From an uncultured Candidatus Cloacimonadota bacterium (lineage in GTDB: Bacteria > Cloacimonadota > Cloacimonadia > Cloacimonadales > CAYQPF01): DNA of 36,014 nucleotides. Positions 18,423 to 27,404 of this stretch are shown one piece after another. The DNA is taken from NCBI GenBank assembly GCA_964419225.1, contig CAYQPF010000035.1, positions 1 through 36,014 of the forward strand, read 5' to 3'. How positions within the stretch are numbered: position 1 is the stretch's first letter; each line of letters opens with the position of its first letter. The notes beneath the pieces were generated by a model. It ran no database searches. It had not been told where the DNA came from and saw only the letters and a list, made by a program, of their open reading frames with translations. Both the position numbers and the translations under genes were made by a program.

Positions 18423-20155
18423 TTTTTCTTTCCTTTACCGGCAGGAACGGTATTGGTATTCTCAATTTCCGGAGTGGTTACCACCGGAGCTTCTGCTGCT
18501 TTCAAAGCAGTTTCCAGAATTTTAATTTGATTTAAAAGTTCAAAATAGTTTTTATAATTTTTGAATTGTTCCAGCATCTTACCCGATTCAGGATCAGTTT
18601 GATTCATTTGAGACTGTAGATTTTGATACTTCTGCAGAACAGGTGGAAATTTCTGGTACAGTTGATTAAGCGGATTTTTCAGCAGAGGAACAGCATTAAT
18701 CTTTTCAAAATAAATCATGTCAGGATACAACAAAGAAAGATCTTTCAGAGTGTTCGTTTTTGCTTTGAGCTCTTTATTGAATTTCGGCATTAAAAAGGTT
18801 GTTAAATATTGCTGACACAGATTAAGACTATCCGGTACAAAAAGAACATTTACCGGATTTGCACTCCCCGTAAAAATATTATCTAACTGCCCATATAGAA
18901 GACCAGGGCTGTCAACAGATCCATAGAATATGATATTTACCCCATTAAATGGCTTTTCATTAATGCTTCGTAAAAGATTATTTACGGTAAAGGCAGACCT
19001 GTCATTCTTCAAAACAGTAGCTGTTTCAGTGACAAAAAGATCTCCACAGATAATCAGATTCAGGGTGTAATCTAAATTTGTTTCCATCTTGGATATCCCG
19101 GACAAATAGGTCTCCAAGGTCGCAGGACTTTCATATGAGTAAAGAATATTGGCATTTGCCTTCTGTCCTATTCCAGTCCATTGATTGGAAAACAGATCAT
19201 AAAAGAAGTTTGCCTTTTCTTCATATGCTTTGTTACCGTTAAAAATATAAGTATAGTTATTAGTATCCTGCTTCAAATCCATCCAGTCCTGAGGATAGCC
19301 CTGAACAATATTCTGCAGATAATAATTCAAACTATCTTCTAATGCATAGAAATCATTGTTTTTGGCAAAAGAAGAGTAAAAAAGCGAAAACGTATCTGTT
19401 CTTACTATTTCATAAATATCTTTACAGGAAAAAATAAAGTTGTTCAATCCGGGTTTAAGAATCAGGTTTTTCTTGAAGATTTTTTCCTTTGTTAAAGGCA
19501 ATTTCTCATTATTAAGAATAACCTCCTTCAAGGAGTATTTATGATTCACAGTAAAAGTCAGTTCTGCTGTAGGGGGAGTAAAACTTAAGATACTCGAGTT
19601 GAAGGTAACTTTTGGAGTTGGAAGATTGTTTTTGAATTTATCAGGGAAGTCGGTCATTAGACATTCTTTAATCAGAGAAGACATTTTGGAATTGGTTTGC
19701 TGAGAAAAGAATTGATAGTAAGCAAACAACATTTTGTAAATATCCGGCGAACGTCGATCAATTTTATGGATCAGATTCTGATAATATTTATCCTGATATT
19801 TTGTAAGCGAAAGCAAAGTTAAAAGGGAATCTGATGGATTTATTAAATAGGCCTGTGACAGATAATTGTAGGCCAAATCACTCTTTTCACACTGAAAATA
19901 AATAACACCCTTTGCCTTTAAAAAAACCGGTTGAGGTACAACATTATCCTCAAAATTACTCAGCTCCTGACTTGCCATGACCGGCATAAAATTGGCCAGA
20001 TAACTCTCCAGCAATTCTATTCGCAAAGCTATACTCTTAGGATTATAAAAGACTTTCTGATACAAACTGTCTAAAGAAGTCGCACTATTTTCAGCAGTCA
20101 ATAAGGTTAAAACTGAAAACAGTATTAATAATAGAATTATCTTTTTCATACTCAA
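18419..20155 (-). CDS. Secreted hypothetical protein with an N-terminal TPR-like region
   Basis: ORF of 578 aa. Signal peptide 'MKKIILLLILFSVLTLLTA'. The C-terminus is Lys-rich. ATGA overlap with the MoxR stop. Confidence 0.5.
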   Translation of the reverse strand: MSMKKIILLLILFSVLTLLTAENSATSLDSLYQKVFYNPKSIALRIELLESYLANFMPVMASQELSNFEDNVVPQPVFLKAKGVIYFQCEKSDLAYNYLSQAYLINPSDSLLTLLSLTKYQDKYYQNLIHKIDRRSPDIYKMLFAYYQFFSQQTNSKMSSLIKECLMTDFPDKFKNNLPTPKVTFNSSILSFTPPTAELTFTVNHKYSLKEVILNNEKLPLTKEKIFKKNLILKPGLNNFIFSCKDIYEIVRTDTFSLFYSSFAKNNDFYALEDSLNYYLQNIVQGYPQDWMDLKQDTNNYTYIFNGNKAYEEKANFFYDLFSNQWTGIGQKANANILYSYESPATLETYLSGISKMETNLDYTLNLIICGDLFVTETATVLKNDRSAFTVNNLLRSINEKPFNGVNIIFYGSVDSPGLLYGQLDNIFTGSANPVNVLFVPDSLNLCQQYLTTFLMPKFNKELKAKTNTLKDLSLLYPDMIYFEKINAVPLLKNPLNQLYQKFPPVLQKYQNLQSQMNQTDPESGKMLEQFKNYKNYFELLNQIKILETALKAAEAPVVTTPEIENTNTVPAGKGKKK

Positions 20156-21144
20156 CCAAGGGTTTTTAGTATTTTTTGGACAATATCCTGAGATTTGTAT
20201 CCCTCTGCTTCTGCAGCAAAAGAGAGAAGCAGTCTGTGTTGCAGAACGATCTCAGCAGAGCTGATCACATCTTCAACCGATGGTGTAAGTCGATTATCCA
20301 TGGCAGCTTTGGCTTTGGCAGCCAGAACCAGGAATTGAGAAGCTCGAGGCCCGGCACCCCAGTTAACCATACTCTTAACAAAGTCCGGTGCTTCAGGATT
20401 TGAAGGGCGGGTTTTTCTTACCAATTTAACAATAAAATCAAGAACATGCTCACTCACAGGAATATTCCGGATTGATTCCTGAATTTTTACAATGTGGGCG
20501 GCATCTGTTATCTTTCTCAATTCTGTTTTTTCTGAACTTGTAGTTTTTTCAGCTATCATTTTCTCAGTATCATAAGAAGGATAATCAATATAAATCTTAA
20601 ACATAAATCTGTCTAACTGAGCTTCGGGTAAAGGGTATGTACCCTCCTGCTCGATTGGATTCTGGGTCGCTAATACTAAAAATGGTTGATCCAAATTATA
20701 TGTCTGATTTCCTGCTGTAACCTGATACTCCTGCATAGCCTGCAATAGTGCAGACTGCGTCTTGGGAGGTGTTCTGTTGATTTCATCTGCCAGAATAATA
20801 TTAGCAAAGACAGGACCCTTGATGTATTCAAAATACCGTTTACCATCAGATTTATCTTCAGCTAAAATATCTGTACCTGTAATATCAGATGGCATTAAAT
20901 CCGGGGTAAACTGAATTCTGCTAAACTTTAGATCCATTACTCGAGCTAAGGATGATACTAAAAGTGTCTTAGCCAAGCCAGGGACTCCTTCCAACAAACA
21001 ATGCCCGTTACAAAACAAGGCACAAAGGAAATCCTCTATTACTTTTTCCTGTCCGTAAACAGACTTATTTATTTCCGAAATTATCTTTTTCTTAGTATCC
21101 TGTACTGTTTCCAGCACTTTTACGAAATCAGCGTTACTTTTCAT
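20152..21144 (-). CDS. moxR: MoxR-family AAA+ ATPase
   Basis: Walker A reads 'GVPGLAKTLLVSSLARVM'. Walker B/sensor reads 'ILADEINRTPPKTQSALLQAMQE'. The ORF is 330 aa, typical MoxR size. Confidence 0.9.
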   Translation of the reverse strand: MKSNADFVKVLETVQDTKKKIISEINKSVYGQEKVIEDFLCALFCNGHCLLEGVPGLAKTLLVSSLARVMDLKFSRIQFTPDLMPSDITGTDILAEDKSDGKRYFEYIKGPVFANIILADEINRTPPKTQSALLQAMQEYQVTAGNQTYNLDQPFLVLATQNPIEQEGTYPLPEAQLDRFMFKIYIDYPSYDTEKMIAEKTTSSEKTELRKITDAAHIVKIQESIRNIPVSEHVLDFIVKLVRKTRPSNPEAPDFVKSMVNWGAGPRASQFLVLAAKAKAAMDNRLTPSVEDVISSAEIVLQHRLLLSFAAEAEGYKSQDIVQKILKTLG

Positions 21145-22141
21145 TTTCTATTGCTCCTGTTTCTATAACATCAATAATTTTATAACCGGAATAACTGATG
21201 GCAATAAATCCCACCAGAATAATCAAACCGCCTGTCAATAAATGGGCAAAAGCCATGACAGCACTCACCATCGTTTTATCAAGTCCCAGACCTGCTGAGA
21301 ATACAATAATCATCACAAGTTCATTACTCCCGATTTGAGCAGGAGGATGTGGTATAACATAAGACAAATATATCAGGGTATATCCGAATAAAATCATAAA
21401 ATAATTGATCTCCTGATTAAATGCCTTGAACATAAACAGGAAATAAACACTATCAATACTGACAGCTAATAGTGTAAGAATAAGTAACTCCGGCAGAAGA
21501 ACGTAATGATTTTTGAAAATTGCAACACCTTCGACAAACAATTGCACAATATCTTCGTATTTTTTTTCGTATTTATAGGGGATATATTTACTCCAACGGT
21601 GGAGAAAAGCAATAATTTCATCTTTCTTTATTGCAGATAAAATCAAAATAGTAAATCCAACAAAAAATACAGCTATCAACATAATAATCAGAAATAATAA
21701 ATAATCCGATACATGTACATTAAGAAAAGGTAATAAAATTAAGACCAGAAAAATTGAAACTGAATCAAACATCTTGTCAATGAAAACAGAAGGTAGTGTT
21801 TTCGAAATAGGAACACCCGTAGTCTTTTTAACAAAAAAACTCTTTGCCAACTCGCCTGCTCGAACAGGGATCATATAATTTATAAAATTCCCTGCCATCC
21901 AAATCAAAAAGGTACGACCTGCACCCATCTTTAAATTCACAGAGAGAAGTTTATTCCAGCGTAAGGAGCGTACAAAGTATGATAATAAATACAAAAATGC
22001 TGCAATCACGACATATGATAGTTTTACACTCCGGAAATATGGCACAATATCTTTTACATCAATAAATTTAGACCAGATACCCAGAAAAAGAACACCGATA
22101 ATTAATCCCAGTATTACTTTCCAAATATTACTTTTTTTCAT
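21134..22141 (-). CDS. Polytopic membrane protein, flippase-like/UPF0104 (lysyl-phosphatidylglycerol-synthase transmembrane-region-like) family
   Basis: ORF of 335 aa with about 8 hydrophobic segments. The N-terminus 'MKKSNIWKVILGLIIGVLFLGIWSKFIDVKDI...SLRWNKLL' is typical of this family. It overlaps both neighbours. Confidence 0.55.
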   Translation of the reverse strand: MKKSNIWKVILGLIIGVLFLGIWSKFIDVKDIVPYFRSVKLSYVVIAAFLYLLSYFVRSLRWNKLLSVNLKMGAGRTFLIWMAGNFINYMIPVRAGELAKSFFVKKTTGVPISKTLPSVFIDKMFDSVSIFLVLILLPFLNVHVSDYLLFLIIMLIAVFFVGFTILILSAIKKDEIIAFLHRWSKYIPYKYEKKYEDIVQLFVEGVAIFKNHYVLLPELLILTLLAVSIDSVYFLFMFKAFNQEINYFMILFGYTLIYLSYVIPHPPAQIGSNELVMIIVFSAGLGLDKTMVSAVMAFAHLLTGGLIILVGFIAISYSGYKIIDVIETGAIENEK

Positions 22142-23237
22142 AGTTTTCAGGATTAGAAAATCCCTTTACTCCGATTAGCTTTTTAGGACAAATATCGTAA
22201 CAGTGCAAACAACGCAAGCATTTTTTACGATCAAATGTAAACTTTGCAGATATTGCTCCAACTGGGCATTCTTCAAGACATTTTCGACAATCCTGACAGA
22301 AGGAAATAGGTTCCAAAATCGGCCTCGTCCCAAAATAGCCTGTCTTGTAAAGAAAAGTATTAAAATGTACGGAAAATAATTTTTCGAACACAAAATCAAT
22401 TATATACAGACATCTGTAGGCAAACTGATAACCCTTACTTTGCTTTGGCAGTTCAAATTTATGTCTTTCAATATTCCCTTCGATTTCAATTGGTACATTA
22501 TTCCGAGCTAAGTTTATATAGGAAATATCTTTATAATCTACACCCATGAAATCGCAGGCAATTTTATCAGTTGCAAAGGGATCTAATCCTGCTATCAGAG
22601 TCATAGTCTTTTTCAAATTTCCATAAACCGCCCCATCACCTTCCATGGAATTGATAGCATCGATAATGGTTAAGGTTGGCTTTATAACCTTGTTCAGATC
22701 AGCCACAGCCGCATGAATCCCTAAACTATGCATCAATTTACGAGTGTCATGATGACAAAAACCCATCAGATTCTTCATCCCCAGAGTAACCTGGGTTATA
22801 ACGTGCGTTTTCAAAATCGGCACATTTACAATCTTATTTTCCAAAACTATTCTTGGGACTTTAATCTTTTTCAGTACAAAAGAATTGGGAACAGGTATGG
22901 TTATAAAATCCTTCTCTTCAGGAATAAATACTTCTATATCGTGTTTTTCTGCAAATTCCCAGATCTTCAAATAATTGAACACTTCGCGGGTATCAAATTC
23001 CATTCCCGGCATCTCACAGATTATAGGCTTACATCCCAGTGTCTGAAGTTTCTGCACGATAGCTTCCAGTAATCCAAGATTGGTCGTGGCACCCTTGGAA
23101 TTCTCTCTGGGTGCTACAAAATTCGGCTTTAGGATAACCCTTTCTCCACTCTTGAATAATTGAGTCCATTCTAATTTATCCAGAAAAGGATATATGTCCA
23201 GTTCATCCTTAAGCTTCTGTATATAAACCTTATTCAT
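22128..23237 (-). CDS. DUF362 domain protein with a C-terminal 2x[4Fe-4S] ferredoxin module
   Basis: Two CxxCxxCxxxCP motifs read 'CQDCRKCLEECP' and 'CLRCLHCYDICP'. The start is placed at the internal 'MNKVYIQ' ATG, because the longer ORF would overlap the upstream gene by about 100 nt. Confidence 0.65.
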   Translation of the reverse strand: MNKVYIQKLKDELDIYPFLDKLEWTQLFKSGERVILKPNFVAPRENSKGATTNLGLLEAIVQKLQTLGCKPIICEMPGMEFDTREVFNYLKIWEFAEKHDIEVFIPEEKDFITIPVPNSFVLKKIKVPRIVLENKIVNVPILKTHVITQVTLGMKNLMGFCHHDTRKLMHSLGIHAAVADLNKVIKPTLTIIDAINSMEGDGAVYGNLKKTMTLIAGLDPFATDKIACDFMGVDYKDISYINLARNNVPIEIEGNIERHKFELPKQSKGYQFAYRCLYIIDFVFEKLFSVHFNTFLYKTGYFGTRPILEPISFCQDCRKCLEECPVGAISAKFTFDRKKCLRCLHCYDICPKKLIGVKGFSNPENYEKK

Positions 23238-23241
23238 TGTC

Positions 23242-24072
23242 TCAATTGGGAACAAAAACATAGTATTTATGATGAGCCCAGAATTGCTTGAAGAAGTCCG
23301 GTGCTGCTTTTTCCAACCAAAAATACTGAAGCATTTTATCTTCAAAAAGAGGATCTTTGTCCCGATAAAAATCCATAATCGTTACTGCACTCTTAGGTTC
23401 ATCACTTGGGGGTAACTTAATCCCGAACTTAGCCACAAACTCCTCTTTAGGCATCCCGATATCCGGCCAGGGTGGACAATCAATGAAATTACTCAATATC
23501 AAATTCCAGCCCATACTTTTCATTATTGGTTTAAAACACCCAGGTGAAATATATTCTTCCTTTAAGGTCGATTGTAACTCTTTCTTCCCAAAATATTTCT
23601 GGGACAAATAACCTAAACCTGTTGTATTCGGAACACAAAGCACAATAACTTTCTTTGTAACCCTGTTCAGTTCTGCTAAAAATTGCGTAATATCTTGTAC
23701 AAACCAAAGTGCAGAGAAATTCCAGGAAAAATCTATACTTTTGTCAGGTAAATTAATATTATCGTAGTTTGTGTTATATTGAAAATTGGCTGAAAGATTT
23801 GTCTTCTTCCATTCTTCTTCCATTAAACTAATTCTTTCTTCATCATGATCAAGCAACGTAATATTCATTCCCTTCAGAGCTAAATTCATACTATTGATTC
23901 AACTCAGACCTGTAAAACCAAAACAAGGTGCCTCTAAGACAGACTCTACCTTGAAATTGCGGACAATCTTATTCAAAAAATGATTAATTATTACTCTTTC
24001 ATAGGAAGAGCCTAGACCCTCATCAGGATCAGAAAAATAGTTTTTCCAGATATTAACAATTGGAATGGCCAT
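23242..24072 (-). pseudogene. Class I SAM-dependent methyltransferase interrupted by a single in-frame TGA at 23899-23901. It is a nonsense-mutation pseudogene, an assembly error, or recoded.
   Basis: ORFs 23899..24129 and 23242..23889 are in the same frame, separated only by TGA-ATC-AAT-AGT. The joined sequence '...VLEAPCFGFTGLS*INSMNLALKGMNITLLDHDEE' reads like a methyltransferase motif I/post-I region. Confidence 0.6.
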
Positions 24073-25033
24073 TTTGCTCCTTATACCAATCAATAACTCT
24101 CTGAAAATCAGGTATTGTATGGCATTCATCTAACTTCAAATCAGCGTATGTATCCTCGGTATTGTAATCCCAATCCCGTGAGATCAATTCTATTCTGCTG
24201 GTCCACAATTCGTTCTTTAAAGCCTTGAAAAAAGTTTCACTCAAGCGAAAACAACTGTCAGATAACATAATATTATAATTCTTTTTCTTTAAGCCATCTC
24301 TGATAAAAGTGAACAAGTCTTTCAATATAACAGGTTCTTTATCTGCTAAATTATATGCTTTACCGACAGGAAGATCAAGTTCGCAAGCATTGACAAACGC
24401 CTGTGTTATCAAATCCACATTCGCCAAATGAATCTTAACCTCACTCATAGGCAGGGCCATCATATATTTATCTGTCAGTTTTGTCAGAGTATAAGGAAAT
24501 CCATAATCTCCTTCACCATATGTAATCGAAGGTCTCAAAACCACTGCATTCAAGCCAAGTTTCACCTTCTCCTGAATCATTTTTTCACATTCTATCTTAG
24601 TGATATGATAATAATTATCCCGTTTGAACGGAGTTGAATCATTCGCCGGGACGCTTTGCGGTATCGCTCCATACACACCGACTGAAGAGCAGAATATGAA
24701 TTTACTGTTGTTCTTCAGAGCGTTATCAAGCAATTTACCGGTTGCTTTGATATTGGCCAGAAAGTACGAAGACATGGGGAACCTTCTCCCGCCTCGCAAA
24801 GCACCAATATGCATAATAATGTCGAAGGAATTCTGATTAAGGTATTTCTCCAAACCAAAAACATTCTCCAAATTGATTTCTACCAATTGAATCTTATCTC
24901 TGTATTCTGCAATTTTCTGCAAATCAGAACCAGGTCGGACAAGCCCTGTTATCTCATAATCTTTTTCTATTAATTGCTTCAGAATGTGATGTCCGATAAA
25001 GCCATTGATCCCTGTTACTAATATTTTTTTCAT
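24053..25033 (-). CDS. NAD-dependent epimerase/dehydratase (extended SDR) family protein
   Basis: The Rossmann motif 'KILVTGINGFIGHHIL' and the YxxxK region are present. The start is set at 'MKKILVTG', adjacent to the cpsB stop, and the 24-codon upstream extension is rejected. Confidence 0.8.
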   Translation of the reverse strand: MKKILVTGINGFIGHHILKQLIEKDYEITGLVRPGSDLQKIAEYRDKIQLVEINLENVFGLEKYLNQNSFDIIMHIGALRGGRRFPMSSYFLANIKATGKLLDNALKNNSKFIFCSSVGVYGAIPQSVPANDSTPFKRDNYYHITKIECEKMIQEKVKLGLNAVVLRPSITYGEGDYGFPYTLTKLTDKYMMALPMSEVKIHLANVDLITQAFVNACELDLPVGKAYNLADKEPVILKDLFTFIRDGLKKKNYNIMLSDSCFRLSETFFKALKNELWTSRIELISRDWDYNTEDTYADLKLDECHTIPDFQRVIDWYKEQNGHSNC

Positions 25034-25034
25034 T

Positions 25035-25820
25035 CTATAATCCAAATAATTTCTTAAATAATGATTTTTTTGCTTCCGGCTGCTTCTTAAAGCGTTCCGC
25101 TCCAAAATAATTTACTTTTTCGTTTTTCAGCATCTTCATGGGATTGATTTCGGAAAGTAATTTAGCAGTATGATCATTGGTTTCACTCCGAATAGCTTCT
25201 ACTGCATCAACATAACTATAATCCTGTGTATGACAGTGAGTATCAGAACCTAAAAAATGTGCATATCCGTTGTAGATCATTTCCCAGGCAGTATCCTGAA
25301 TCTTCTTGCCATAACCACCCAACAGGCTTCCGGTATTGATCTGCATATAAATATTCCGATGAATCAGATCTTCTACTGCATAGGGATTATTAATAAATTC
25401 TGTATATCTTTCAGGATGAGCCAAAATCGGTTTATAACCCTGTTTTACCAGAATATAATAAATATCGAGCAAACCGTTGGGAAAACCATTCATACTGGTT
25501 TCCATAAGAATATAATTTGTATTATTTAAGGTCAGGTTTTCCTTGATAACATCCAAGTGAATATCTTCACTAAGAAATATTTCTGCACCACGGTAAAGTT
25601 CAATATTTATATTCTCTCTTTGTACTGCATCTTTTAATATCTGAAATTTCACATTTTGAATTTCCGCTGTATTATCATAAAATCCCTTCATGTAATGGGG
25701 AGTCAAAATTACACCTTTAATTCCCTCCTCACTCATAAACTTCAAATAATCTAAAGATGTATCCAGATCCGGAGATCCGTCATCAACATCAAACATAATG
25801 TGAGAATGTATATCAATCAT
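25035..25820 (-). CDS. CpsB/CapC-type PHP-family protein-tyrosine phosphatase (capsular polysaccharide biosynthesis)
   Basis: Diagnostic N-terminus 'MIDIHSHIMFDVDDGSPDL'. Further His/Asp metal ligands are seen in 'LTPHYM', 'LAHPERY' and 'LGSDTH'. The ORF is 261 aa. Confidence 0.85.
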   Translation of the reverse strand: MIDIHSHIMFDVDDGSPDLDTSLDYLKFMSEEGIKGVILTPHYMKGFYDNTAEIQNVKFQILKDAVQRENINIELYRGAEIFLSEDIHLDVIKENLTLNNTNYILMETSMNGFPNGLLDIYYILVKQGYKPILAHPERYTEFINNPYAVEDLIHRNIYMQINTGSLLGGYGKKIQDTAWEMIYNGYAHFLGSDTHCHTQDYSYVDAVEAIRSETNDHTAKLLSEINPMKMLKNEKVNYFGAERFKKQPEAKKSLFKKLFGL

Positions 25821-26572
25821 ATGCCATCCTTACTAATTTGTATTGCCTGAGCAAATTCACTGATTAATGCTTTATCCGGAGTGTTCTCGAAAACAGTCCC
25901 AATCACCACAAAATCTGCTCCGGCTCTTGCTTTACAAGCCGCTTCCTCAGGTGTTTTTATGCCACCCCCGACAATAAGAGGGATTTCAATATTATTTTTT
26001 ACAACGGTAATCATTTCTTCAGGCACAGAGTTTTTAGCTCCGCTTCCGGCTTCCAAATAAACCATTCGCATGCCTAAATACTGCCCGGCTAAAGCATGCG
26101 TCACCGCAATATCAATTTTCTTTCTGGGTATGGGAATACTGTGACTCATGTACTGCACCGAAGTCAAACTGTTGGATTCGATCAACAAATAAGCAGTACC
26201 AATACTTTCCAGATTATACTTTTTAATCAAAGGAGCAGAACGAACCTGTTCTCCTACTAATAATTCCGGATTCCTGCTGCTCAGCATACTTAATAAGAGT
26301 ATTGCATCAGCATATGGAGAAACGAAATTAAACAATCCTGGGAAGATTATTAATGGTATTTTTACCTGCTTTTTTATTTCTCTTAAACACGATTCAAAAT
26401 TATCATGGAGCATCATACTACCACCTATGAGAAGTGCATCTGCCCCACTTTCTTCGCAATCCAAGGCAAAATCTATAGCAGTTCCCTCGCTATGCTTATC
26501 CGGATCGATAAGACAGAAAAACCCAGTTCTTTTCCGGGCAATTTCTAAGAGTTTCTCATATGTTTTTATCAT
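25817..26572 (-). CDS. PcrB/GGGP-synthase family (geranylgeranyl- or heptaprenyl-glyceryl phosphate synthase) TIM-barrel prenyltransferase
   Basis: The ORF is 251 aa with 'FFCLIDPDKHS', 'LLIGGSMM' and a C-terminal 'LIVGGGIKTPEEAACKARAGADFVVIGTVFE' phosphate-binding block. An ATGA overlap joins it to cpsB. Confidence 0.8.
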   Translation of the reverse strand: MIKTYEKLLEIARKRTGFFCLIDPDKHSEGTAIDFALDCEESGADALLIGGSMMLHDNFESCLREIKKQVKIPLIIFPGLFNFVSPYADAILLLSMLSSRNPELLVGEQVRSAPLIKKYNLESIGTAYLLIESNSLTSVQYMSHSIPIPRKKIDIAVTHALAGQYLGMRMVYLEAGSGAKNSVPEEMITVVKNNIEIPLIVGGGIKTPEEAACKARAGADFVVIGTVFENTPDKALISEFAQAIQISKDGI

Positions 26573-26573
26573 A

Positions 26574-27404
26574 TTATTTACCTATCCACATTATTATCAG
26601 GATGAAAAACATATTCAGTTTCATCAAATTAGAGATATAATTCAAATTTTTCTTGGTAACATTTCTGTTCAAAAATAAGTAAGAGATCAACAAAGGCAAA
26701 ATGGTAAAAATATTGAGCAAATTAAAAGTCAGCATCGATATCATTCCATGCCAAAATAGAGAAAAAACACCAATACCCATCGCTAATATCAGCGTAAATG
26801 TAATCGAAAAAGTCCAAGTCTTTCCCATTACAATTGGTATAGTTTTTGCCCCCTGACTCATATCACCTTCCACATCTTCCGTATCCTTGATGATTTCCCG
26901 GATCAATGTATATGTAAAAGCAATAAATGAAATTGCCAGCGCATAACTGACATTATCATTGGCTATTGCCCCGTAAAAGAATGTCGAAGCTGCAGAATAT
27001 GCTATCAACAAATTACCCAACAAAAATGTCTTTTTCAAATATCCTGCATAGACCACTAACAGCAATGTATTCACAACTGCAATTATGATACACCATTTAT
27101 GCCAGGTCAAAACACTCAGAAAAAAACCGGTAATCATCAGAATCCAGGCATACTTTAAAGCCGTACCTGGTGAGATTTTACCAGAAGGTAAAACCCTGTC
27201 TTTTCTGTTTATCTTATCGATTTCCAGATCATAATAATCATTAAGTACATAACCACCTGCTGCTATAAAAGTGGCAGCTAAAGCACTTAAAATTATGACC
27301 CTGATATCAAAAACAGTTGCCTTGATCATTGCCCCATACACTACACATAAAGCAGTAAAAAAGCAATTGAAAGGTCTGATTATCTGCAGAAATGCTTTTA
27401 TCAC
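26574..27404 (-). CDS. UbiA-family prenyltransferase, DGGGP-synthase-like (digeranylgeranylglyceryl phosphate synthase homologue)
   Basis: Eight or nine TM helices. Asp-rich motif 'NDYYDLEIDKINRKDR'. It sits immediately upstream of the PcrB/GGGPS gene, which is the archaeal ether-lipid gene order. Confidence 0.7.
   Translation of the reverse strand: MIKAFLQIIRPFNCFFTALCVVYGAMIKATVFDIRVIILSALAATFIAAGGYVLNDYYDLEIDKINRKDRVLPSGKISPGTALKYAWILMITGFFLSVLTWHKWCIIIAVVNTLLLVVYAGYLKKTFLLGNLLIAYSAASTFFYGAIANDNVSYALAISFIAFTYTLIREIIKDTEDVEGDMSQGAKTIPIVMGKTWTFSITFTLILAMGIGVFSLFWHGMISMLTFNLLNIFTILPLLISYLFLNRNVTKKNLNYISNLMKLNMFFILIIMWIGK

Noticed and set aside
23238-23345. A 36-codon N-terminal extension of the DUF362 gene, giving the 405-aa ORF.
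   Set aside because: It would overlap the upstream methyltransferase by about 100 nt. The internal ATG at 23237 begins immediately after the upstream stop, and this matches the tight junctions seen elsewhere in the operon.
25034-25105. A 24-codon N-terminal extension of the NAD-epimerase gene, giving the 350-aa ORF.
   Set aside because: It would run into the cpsB coding region. The Rossmann motif starts right after the internal Met 'MKKILVTG', which abuts the cpsB stop.
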